DNA of 64,000 nucleotides from Patescibacteria group bacterium (GTDB lineage Bacteria > Patescibacteriota > Minisyncoccia > Ryanbacterales > GWA2-47-10b). A program made the translations under genes and the position numbers. Each line of letters opens with the position of its first letter. Position 1 is the first letter of the stretch. Below the pieces are notes generated by a model that was not told the origin of the DNA, did not search any database, and worked only from the letters and a program-made list of their open reading frames with translations. Positions 56,459-64,000 of the stretch are shown here, piece by piece. Location: the NCBI GenBank assembly GCA_038065475.1, contig JBBTQY010000010.1, positions 3,531 through 67,530 on the forward strand, written 5' to 3'.

Positions 56459-56565
56459 CTCGTCCGAGCCCTCAGGTCGCATGACTCGAGGGCACTTTTC
56501 TTTTCAATGACAGGATTGCAGAAAGCAATTATTTTATGTATTGTAAGAAGCACGATTTTGTAGAC

Positions 56566-56637
56566 GCCGGCATAGCTCAGTGGTAGAGCGAAGGACTCAT
56601 AAGCCTTAGGTCGCAGGTTCGATCCCTGCTGCCGGCA
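56566..56637 (+). tRNA. tRNA-Met(CAU), probably elongator
   Basis: GCCGGCA/TGCCGGC-A, AAGGA-CTCATAA-GCCTT, TTCGATC T-loop. Confidence 0.9.
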
Positions 56638-56669
56638 CAGGGTCTCGGCAAAAGACCTTCGGGTACTAT

Positions 56670-56744
56670 GGGCGCGTGGTGTAGCCTGGTTAACACGTTC
56701 CCCTGTCACGGGAAAGATCGCCGGTTCGAATCCGGTCGCGCCCG
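56670..56744 (+). tRNA. tRNA-Asp(GUC)
   Basis: GGGCGCG/CGCGCCC-G, TTCCC-CTGTCAC-GGGAA. Confidence 0.95.
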
Positions 56745-56810
56745 CTCAAAATACATAGATGGAGATATCAATAGAATTTTGAGCGAGGCTCGCCTACGGG
56801 CGGCCCGCCA
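56740..56810 (+). repeat. Hairpin element bounded by a duplicated tRNA-Asp 3' end
   Basis: GCCCGC at 56740 and 56803 (second copy continues to CCA); inverted copy ATTTTGAGCG at 56776. Confidence 0.75.
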
Positions 56811-56813
56811 AGT

Positions 56814-56852
56814 AAAACAAAGCCGCCCCGCATTGCGAGGCGGCTTTGTTTT
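56814..56852 (+). terminator. Intrinsic terminator
   Basis: AAAACAAAGCCGCCCCGC-ATT-GCGAGGCGGCTTTGTTTT. Confidence 0.85.
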
Positions 56853-56927
56853 GTCCACACGGTTTTTAATCAATTAGGTCTATACTATGTATAGGCGATT
56901 TTTATACGCATATATTATTTTCTTCTG

Positions 56928-59900
56928 ATGAAAAAATATCTTTTAGCATTCGCTGTCGTTGCTGCTTCCGGTTTTGTACTGGCGGGCGTCAACGCCGCGA
57001 CAAGTGGTTGTGGTGGCGCTTGCAGTATTGACGCAGGAGCCGACCGGACTATTACAAACAATACAGTCCAACTACAAGGGTCGGTAAATCCAGGTGCGCT
57101 TCTTAATGCGTCTGTATGGACGGTGGTAAGTGCCCCTGGTGGAGCAAATCCTACATTTAGTCCATCATCAGTCCAGGCGACAAATCCAACGGTCACATTC
57201 CCTTCGGCTGGGGCGTATGTTTTGCGTTTTTCTGCAGCGACGTTTAATTCAGGTGTTATAAGCGATGATGTACGTATCACGGTGCAAACTGCTGGCGGCG
57301 GATCTTCGCAGCGCAATTTTGGTGTAGGTGATGCTGTAGAGACGACAGATGTTGTCAAAGTTAGGTCTACGCCCGGAGGTGTATACATAGCCTCTCGTCC
57401 CAGTGGCGCTGTTGGCGAAATATTCGGCGGCCCGCAGCAGGCGACATACCAAGGAATATCGTATTGGTGGTGGAGCGTCGCGTTTCCTTCTATAACTGGT
57501 GCGACCAATCCATCAGGCTGGGTGGCTGAAGATTATCTGGTGCGACGCGGTGCTGCTGGAAATATACGAGTAAATGCCGGTCCCGATAAGGGTATCGCAT
57601 CACTTTCTACAGTTCTTGCGGGTACCGTTAATCCGCCAGGTACTCCGGTGACATGGAAGAAAAAAAGTGGTCCGGGAAATGTTGAGTTTCAAGATTCACA
57701 CAATCTAGCAACGCGAGTCACATTTTCCACACGCGGCGTCTATGTGCTCGGCCTTTGTGTATATGGTGACTATTGCAATGAAGTAACTATCAACGTAAGT
57801 ACGACAAGCCAGGTAAATTGTTCACAAGAACAATACCAGGCATATTTGGATAAATTCTGTCCCGTAGGATTTGATCCTCGTGATATAAATTGGGGCGGGG
57901 TAGGCGGAATCGGACTCAATGATTATGGTCCATATCATCCTTGCAATATCAAAAATCTACCCGTTGATGGTATCACCGCGGGTGGATGCCGTGGCGCATA
58001 TAGTTGGCCAGTCGGCGGAGAGCAAACAACATCAAATAGCCCTTCGTTTGGAAGCTATGATCAAAATGCATCAGATATTCCCGGCGCAATTCTTACTATG
58101 ATCGAGGCGGCAAATCCGAACTGGGTAAGAGCCCTGAAAGATAATGGCATTTCGTTCAACCCTCCGGCGCGCATGTCTTCGCGCTACATCGCAAATCATC
58201 TTGAAGACGGACCATACAAGTGGGTCGGCATTGATTCTACGGACAAAGGTTTTCTGCCACTTGAGTACGCAGATTCTTGGGTTGATCCTGCAGAATTAGC
58301 GACCGGTCCTGGCAATTTACCATCATGTTACGCGTCAGCAGGCCCTACAACTCAAATGTACGGATACGCTCAAGGGTGGTGGGGCCTTCCGGGCGGTGAT
58401 ATGAATCCCGACGGTTCCCGTCCAGGACGCAGGATCCCAGAGACAGGTAGGTGTGTGCCAGATTTTCGCGATTGGCGACTTGGCGATCCCATTCCGCAAT
58501 ATACGGGTGGGCCGCAGCCATTTAGCTATCTTGGATGCGGTGCAAATTGGGGGTCAAACTCAAGCGCTGACGAAGTAGATTGTGATACGCAAAAAATATA
58601 TGCGTGTACTGCAAATAAAACCAATGCTCTTGTCGGTGAGCAGGTGACGTTTACCGCTCCTGCCGGTGTCACTCCTATTGAGTGGAATGCGCCGTACTAT
58701 GCAAGTCCAGCTTCTCAAGTTGAAGGGCAGTCGTTTACGACTTCATTTTCACAAATTGGTAATCAAAGCGCTCGTTTCAAGCACGCGCTCAATGGTCAGG
58801 TTTTGCAGGACGGTTGTAGTGTAATCGTTTACGATCCAAATCCAGGAACTCTTCCGCCCCCACCTCCGCCACCATCTCCCGGTGCAGCATTGCAAGCCGG
58901 TGATCGTGTGGAGACGGCAGGAGATTATTATGTGCGTGTTGGTATTGGTGTCAGTAGCCAGCCTACAACTGGTCAGCCCAACCCTCAACCAGCAGGCATC
59001 AGAGGAACGCTTCTTCAAAAAAGTTCTGTCATAGCCAACGGTACATATTGGTGGAGGGTTGATTTTGATACGGGTCCCGATGGATGGACAGCACAAGCTG
59101 GGCTTAGAAAGGTTATCTCCAACAACACTCCACCCCCGCCCCCACCTCCGCCAACAGTCACACCTCCTCCACCTGCGACCGTTCCGCCACCTCCCCCTTC
59201 AACTACTCCGCCACCCACTGCTACGCCTCCGCCGCCAGCTCCAGCTTCTTGTTCGAATAATTGGAATTCGACAAATGGAGGTTACTATAAGAAACCAGGC
59301 ACTTCATGTCCGTGTCAGTACTTCACCGCAACTGGAGGACAGCCGATAGGGCCTGCAGCGCCAAGTAGCTGTTCACCTGTGACGCTTCCGCCGCCACCAC
59401 CTCCAGCTACTGGTTTGAATCTTTCCCCACAGCGTGCGGGTAGCCCACAGACAGGTCAGATTCTCCGAGTCCCTTATAGTACTACGCTCGTCAGTAATAG
59501 CTTTGTAGATGTTTATACCGGTACTGACTTTCCAGTAACCTCCGGTGAGGCGAGATTATCAAAACCACATAATGGCGGTACACTTCTTTGTCAGCCAAGT
59601 ACCTTTATGACGAGATATGGTATGTTGGTGGAGGCTTCGGGTGGAAATTCCACGGTCTTTAAACTTAATGGTCAATCCGAGTCTGATGGCCTTTTTGTCT
59701 GGTGGAGAGGACAAGACGGTTCTTACGACTGGCGTAGGATGACTCTTGATGAGTATCGAGCAGAGGATCGTTTTTATGATCTTCCTGGCTGGTACGGTGT
59801 ACCGTATGCACCAAACTGTATTGTGCAAGGTCTCTTTGGCACTATTACCAATCCGCCCCCGCCACCACCAACAGTTACGCCTCCTCCGCCTCCTGCTCCA

Positions 59901-60284
59901 TTGCCGCCTCCACCACCACCTGCTGAATTGAAATATGAAGTTGGTGCACGCGTACGTATCAAGCCTCACGCAACTCTCGGTGATATTACGGTCAACTACC
60001 GCAATGATCCGCTACCCGATGGTAAATGCGGTACCACCATAGGCGAGAAGGCTACCGGAGTTCTCGGTACCATTACGCAATCGATGGTTGAATGCGGTGC
60101 TGGTCGCTACTGGAAGGTCAGTTTTGACGGGGGGCAAGGAGAGGGTTGGGTCGTTCAAAATCGATTGCAGCCCATCAGCCCGTCGGCTCAAAATATTCAG
60201 CTTGACGCCCCCGCGATTGCAAATACCTTGCAGGGTCTTCGTCAATCAATAGAAAATTTGCAAAATATTCTCAACCAGCATTAA
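56928..60284 (+). CDS. Large secreted multidomain surface protein (PKD-like and SH3-like repeats, polyproline linkers)
   Basis: Signal peptide; two (D/N)AG.D..I...W....PG...F...VTF...G.YVL modules; three (V/A)G..V...W.V.F...GW modules; Pro tracts. Confidence 0.8.
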   Translation: MKKYLLAFAVVAASGFVLAGVNAATSGCGGACSIDAGADRTITNNTVQLQGSVNPGALLNASVWTVVSAPGGANPTFSPSSVQATNPTVTFPSAGAYVLRFSAATFNSGVISDDVRITVQTAGGGSSQRNFGVGDAVETTDVVKVRSTPGGVYIASRPSGAVGEIFGGPQQATYQGISYWWWSVAFPSITGATNPSGWVAEDYLVRRGAAGNIRVNAGPDKGIASLSTVLAGTVNPPGTPVTWKKKSGPGNVEFQDSHNLATRVTFSTRGVYVLGLCVYGDYCNEVTINVSTTSQVNCSQEQYQAYLDKFCPVGFDPRDINWGGVGGIGLNDYGPYHPCNIKNLPVDGITAGGCRGAYSWPVGGEQTTSNSPSFGSYDQNASDIPGAILTMIEAANPNWVRALKDNGISFNPPARMSSRYIANHLEDGPYKWVGIDSTDKGFLPLEYADSWVDPAELATGPGNLPSCYASAGPTTQMYGYAQGWWGLPGGDMNPDGSRPGRRIPETGRCVPDFRDWRLGDPIPQYTGGPQPFSYLGCGANWGSNSSADEVDCDTQKIYACTANKTNALVGEQVTFTAPAGVTPIEWNAPYYASPASQVEGQSFTTSFSQIGNQSARFKHALNGQVLQDGCSVIVYDPNPGTLPPPPPPPSPGAALQAGDRVETAGDYYVRVGIGVSSQPTTGQPNPQPAGIRGTLLQKSSVIANGTYWWRVDFDTGPDGWTAQAGLRKVISNNTPPPPPPPPTVTPPPPATVPPPPPSTTPPPTATPPPPAPASCSNNWNSTNGGYYKKPGTSCPCQYFTATGGQPIGPAAPSSCSPVTLPPPPPPATGLNLSPQRAGSPQTGQILRVPYSTTLVSNSFVDVYTGTDFPVTSGEARLSKPHNGGTLLCQPSTFMTRYGMLVEASGGNSTVFKLNGQSESDGLFVWWRGQDGSYDWRRMTLDEYRAEDRFYDLPGWYGVPYAPNCIVQGLFGTITNPPPPPPTVTPPPPPAPLPPPPPPAELKYEVGARVRIKPHATLGDITVNYRNDPLPDGKCGTTIGEKATGVLGTITQSMVECGAGRYWKVSFDGGQGEGWVVQNRLQPISPSAQNIQLDAPAIANTLQGLRQSIENLQNILNQH

Positions 60285-60304
60285 AGGTAAGCTGAAGGAT
60301 ATAC

Positions 60305-60333
60305 AAAACTCCCGCCAGGTAGCGGGAGTTTTT
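60305..60333 (+). terminator. Intrinsic terminator
   Basis: AAAACTCCCGC-CAGGTA-GCGGGAGTTTTT. Confidence 0.85.
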
Positions 60334-60421
60334 GTCTCCGGTCTCTCTGGAAAATAAGGCTTATTTCTGCTACAATGAAGCACGTTCCTATTGCTGTCAG
60401 TCAACGCAAAAATCCCATACC

Positions 60422-61564
60422 ATGCATAAACAAATAACGATTCATGACCCGCTCGAGCTCGCCCTGCAGAAAGAATTGGAGGGCAGACAAGATATAAAGG
60501 CAGAGCGAATAAAACGAATGCTCAAGCTGCCTGATCTGACAAAAAAAGACTCGTCTCCCGTAAAAATTTTGTTTGATCAGATTATGAGCTTGCCTCGCTT
60601 TGAGGGTTTTGATGTGGTTGATTTCCCTAAAATCGTATCGGTAGAAAACAATTTTGATCTTCTCAATACGCCAAAAGACCATCCGAGCAGAGGGGAGACC
60701 GACACTTACTATATAAATGAAAAGCATCTTTTAAGAACTCAGATGACCGCTTTTTGGTCGTATTATTTGCGCGACAATGATGTTCTCAAAAGACTTGAGA
60801 TAGAGGGTCAGATCGCTGCATTGTCGCCGGGAATTGTTTTTAGAAAAGACGAGATTGATAGGCATCACTTTCCTGCCTTCCATCAGATTGATGGACTTCT
60901 GATTTGTAAAAAAGAAAAAAAAGTTATCACTCAGCAGGATTTGAAAGATGTACAGGTCGATCTCGCAAAGGGGATTTTCGGTGATCAGATCGAGTACAAA
61001 TTTCTCGATGACAATTTTCCGTATACCATCGAGAGCCTCGAGATGGATATTATGTTCAATGGTAATTGGCTTGAGGTCAATGGTGCGGGGCTCGTCAATC
61101 CCGTTGTATTGAAAAATTTTGGATTAGATCCTGAGATCTACAATGGCTGGGCTTTTGGTTTCGGCGACAGGCTTGCTATGATAAAGATGGAAATTCCTGA
61201 TATCAGGATTTTGTGGTCAGACGATCCGCGCATCACAAGTCAGTTCAAGGATATTAATAGTAAATACAAGGCAGTCAGCAAGTTTCCGCCTATTGCGCGT
61301 GATATATCATTTATTATTGATAAGCAGGTAAGTCTCAATAATTATTATGAAATTATACGAGACTTTGCGGAAAATTTGATCGAAGAAGTAGAGCTTATCG
61401 ATGAGTATGAAGATGCCGCAAAGTTCGGAGCTGATAAAAAATCATATACCTTTCGCATTGTGTACCGCTCACTCGAGCGAACACTCACGCACGACGAGGT
61501 CAGCGCGATACAAGACCAAATAATTAAAAAAACCCAAGACGTGTTAGGCGCCGTTATAAGATAG
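60422..61564 (+). CDS. Monomeric (organelle-type) phenylalanyl-tRNA synthetase: catalytic domain fused to FDX-ACB
   Basis: NFDLL..P.DHPSR..DTYY, LLRTQMT, FRKDEID..HFP.FHQ, FPYT, GWAFGFG; C-terminal KFPPIARDISF...FRIVYRS.ERTLT. Confidence 0.9.
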   Translation: MHKQITIHDPLELALQKELEGRQDIKAERIKRMLKLPDLTKKDSSPVKILFDQIMSLPRFEGFDVVDFPKIVSVENNFDLLNTPKDHPSRGETDTYYINEKHLLRTQMTAFWSYYLRDNDVLKRLEIEGQIAALSPGIVFRKDEIDRHHFPAFHQIDGLLICKKEKKVITQQDLKDVQVDLAKGIFGDQIEYKFLDDNFPYTIESLEMDIMFNGNWLEVNGAGLVNPVVLKNFGLDPEIYNGWAFGFGDRLAMIKMEIPDIRILWSDDPRITSQFKDINSKYKAVSKFPPIARDISFIIDKQVSLNNYYEIIRDFAENLIEEVELIDEYEDAAKFGADKKSYTFRIVYRSLERTLTHDEVSAIQDQIIKKTQDVLGAVIR

Positions 61565-61577
61565 ATAGTAAAACTGT

Positions 61578-63623
61578 ATGGCAAAAAATAAAGAAGAAAA
61601 AAATAAAGATCAAAACGGCGACTATAGCGCCAAAGATATTTTTGTACTCGAAGGCTTAGAGCCGGTCCGCAAGCGTCCAGGCATGTATATTGGCTCGACT
61701 GGCGTTGATGGTCTACACCACCTTATTTGGGAGGTGGTTGATAACTCGATCGACGAGGCGATGGCAGGATTTGCCAAAAATATTTCTATTGTTTTGCTAC
61801 CCAAAAATCAGGTACGCGTGGTTGACGATGGTCGCGGTATTCCGGTAGACATCCACAAGCAGACCAAAAAATCAGCACTCGAAACGGTACTTACGACACT
61901 TCACGCGGGAGGTAAATTTGGCGGTGATGCGTATAAAGTCGCGGGTGGTTTACATGGTGTCGGTGTATCAGTAGTCAACGCGCTTTCCATCTGGCTCAAG
62001 GCCGAGGTGTGCAAGGAAGGATTTTTGTATACGCAAGAGTATGAGCGTGGCAAGCCAAAATATAATGTCAAAAAAGTAGGTAAGTGCGATGGGTCGGGCA
62101 CAGCAATTACCTTTGAGCCTGACGCAGAAATTTTTAAAGAAATTGAATATAATTGGGATAAAATCCTAGAGCATATTCGTCAGCAGGCATACCTCAATCA
62201 AGGCATCCACGTTCTCATTCGCGATGAACGCAAAAAGGGCGAAGAGAAGGCGCACGCCTTTTATTTTGAGGGTGGTATCAAGTCATATATCAAGCACATC
62301 AATCGCAGGTTCCAACCAAAGCATGAGGAGATTTTTTATGCTGCCAAAGAAGAAAATAGCGTGATGGTAGAGGCGGCGTTGCAATATGCTGATGATCTTT
62401 CAACTCGCGAGCTTGGGTTTGCCAACTGTATCTATACGCCTGAAGGCGGTATGCATATCACGGGTTTTCGTACGGCGCTCACACGCGTACTCAATGACTA
62501 CGGTAAGAAGAACAATTACTTTAACAAAGATGATGATAACCTGACGGGGGATGATGTGCGCGAAGGCATGACGGCGATTATTTCCGTCAAGATAAAAGAA
62601 ACACAATTTGAAGGTCAGACCAAAGCAAAGCTCGGCAACCCCGAGGCGCGAGGAGCAGTAGAAAAAGTATTTGGCGAGACATTTTCCGCATGGCTTGAAG
62701 AACATCCATCTGAGGCTCGCGTGATTTTAGACAAAGTTTTGCTCGCCGCAAAAGCGCGCCGTGCCGCTAAAGCCGCCAAAGAAACAATCCTGCGCAAGGG
62801 CGCGCTTGAGGGTATGACGTTGCCAGGTAAGCTCGCTGATTGCCAATCAAAAAATGCAGCAGATTCCGAGATATTTATTGTCGAGGGTGACTCGGCAGGT
62901 GGTTCGGCAAAACAGGCGCGTGACCGCAGAACGCAGGCGATCTTGCCGTTGCGAGGTAAGATTCTCAACGTTGAGCGCGCGCGTTTGGATAAGATGTTGG
63001 GATCCGAACAGATTAAAAATCTTGTTATCGCACTTGGTACTGCTATCGCTGACGAATTTGATATCGAGCGTTTGCGTTACCACAAAGTAGTGATCATGAC
63101 TGATGCTGACGTTGACGGTGCGCACATTCGCACGCTTTTACTTACGCTCTTTTATCGTTATTTCCGTCCGCTTATTGATGCGGGCTTCATCTATATTGCG
63201 CAACCCCCACTCTATCGCGTACAGCAGGGGCGTGATGTTCGCTATGCATATTCAGACGGCGAGAAAGATCGTATCGTCAAAGAGTTCCAAAAACTCAAGG
63301 CAGAAAAAGCAGGCAAAAATACTAAAGAAAAAGAAGAAGAGCCTGAAGAGATCGTCGAGGTAGAAACCGATGGCGAGATTCCTGAGGGCGAGACCAAGAT
63401 CAAGGGCATTACCATACAACGCTACAAGGGTTTGGGTGAGATGAACCCCGAGCAGCTTTGGGAGACTACCATGGATCCCGAGCGCCGCATGATGAAGCAG
63501 GTGACTATTGATGACGGCGAGGCGGCCGATGAAGTGTTTGATATCTTGATGGGTGACGAGGTAGTACCTCGCAAAAACTTCATCCAAACCCACGCCAAAT
63601 CCGTCAAAAACTTAGATGTATAG
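61578..63623 (+). CDS. gyrB: DNA gyrase subunit B
   Basis: VRKRPGMYIG, EVVDNSIDE, GLHGVG, VEGDSAGG, PLRGK, MTDADVDG, RYKGLGEM. Confidence 0.97.
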   Translation: MAKNKEEKNKDQNGDYSAKDIFVLEGLEPVRKRPGMYIGSTGVDGLHHLIWEVVDNSIDEAMAGFAKNISIVLLPKNQVRVVDDGRGIPVDIHKQTKKSALETVLTTLHAGGKFGGDAYKVAGGLHGVGVSVVNALSIWLKAEVCKEGFLYTQEYERGKPKYNVKKVGKCDGSGTAITFEPDAEIFKEIEYNWDKILEHIRQQAYLNQGIHVLIRDERKKGEEKAHAFYFEGGIKSYIKHINRRFQPKHEEIFYAAKEENSVMVEAALQYADDLSTRELGFANCIYTPEGGMHITGFRTALTRVLNDYGKKNNYFNKDDDNLTGDDVREGMTAIISVKIKETQFEGQTKAKLGNPEARGAVEKVFGETFSAWLEEHPSEARVILDKVLLAAKARRAAKAAKETILRKGALEGMTLPGKLADCQSKNAADSEIFIVEGDSAGGSAKQARDRRTQAILPLRGKILNVERARLDKMLGSEQIKNLVIALGTAIADEFDIERLRYHKVVIMTDADVDGAHIRTLLLTLFYRYFRPLIDAGFIYIAQPPLYRVQQGRDVRYAYSDGEKDRIVKEFQKLKAEKAGKNTKEKEEEPEEIVEVETDGEIPEGETKIKGITIQRYKGLGEMNPEQLWETTMDPERRMMKQVTIDDGEAADEVFDILMGDEVVPRKNFIQTHAKSVKNLDV

Positions 63624-63740
63624 CTCTGCTTTGAGCGCAAGTTTTACCCCTTGCGCTCTTTTGATTGGCGTGATATATTAGGCGTACAAATCGTTATCTG
63701 ATATGAAGGCCCCCGGGCCTTTTAAAAATCTCAAAATACT

Positions 63741-63926
63741 ATGTTTGCCCGATTTTCAAACTATATAAAGGAAACCCGCCAGGAGCTTCACAAGGTCAAC
63801 TGGCCTACCCGCGCACAAGCGATTCAGTCAACACTGATTGTTATTGGTGTCTCGATAGGCGTCGCTCTTTTTTTGGGAGCGTTTGATTATTTATTTGCAG
63901 CATTGTTGCGAACGATTCTTTTTTAA
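63741..63926 (+). CDS. secE: Preprotein translocase subunit SecE
   Basis: ELHKVNWPTR, single TM, precedes nusG. Confidence 0.93.
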   Translation: MFARFSNYIKETRQELHKVNWPTRAQAIQSTLIVIGVSIGVALFLGAFDYLFAALLRTILF

Positions 63927-63944
63927 TTTTTTAATGTAATTATT

Positions 63945-64000
63945 ATGCCAAAACAAACATCAGAATTTGGCAGGAACTGGTACGCGGTACACACGTATTC
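63945..64000 (+). CDS. nusG: Transcription factor NusG (5' fragment, runs off the window)
   Basis: MPKQ...RNWYAVHTY directly after secE. Confidence 0.85.
   Translation, partial: MPKQTSEFGRNWYAVHTY

Noticed and set aside
55781-56482. 233-aa minus-strand ORF
   Set aside because: Antisense shadow of the PyrH-like gene, which has recognisable motifs and an SD.
58852-59925. CCN-rich repetitive tracts as a VNTR or CRISPR
   Set aside because: They are polyproline codons inside the surface protein; there is no repeat-spacer periodicity.

Overview
A 64 kb chromosomal segment of a reduced-genome bacterium, most likely Patescibacteria/CPR (Parcubacteria-like). This is an inference from gene content, compact spacing, the tRNA-Ile(UAU)/Arg(GCG) set and a monomeric PheRS. 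The backbone is housekeeping: folD, parB, rel, topA, dprA, truD, ftsH, recG, mutY, ligA, gatCA, PheRS, gyrB, secE and the start of nusG. It also carries two type IV pilus/competence loci (26.3-38.7 kb and 46.8-55.7 kb), seven intact tRNAs and about a dozen GC-richer accessory genes, inserted singly or in small clusters, with their own Shine-Dalgarno sites and terminators. The most unusual signals are non-coding. (1) An intact tRNA-Ile(UAU) is nested inside the T-loop of a second, twice-interrupted tRNA-Ile(UAU)-like gene (13034-13284). (2) Three other tRNAs (Ser, fMet, Asp) are flanked by the same direct/inverted/direct end-repeat hairpin architecture. (3) A 125-nt chimeric scar (17609-17733) joins the 3' end of a foreign recG allele to the 3' end of the neighbouring glycosyltransferase gene at a 7-nt microhomology, recording how an accessory gene was added. 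(4) Many genes look leaderless, whereas the GC-richer accessory cassettes are SD-led. No CRISPR, rRNA, intact transposase or integrase was seen. All family calls are by motif recognition, not database search.
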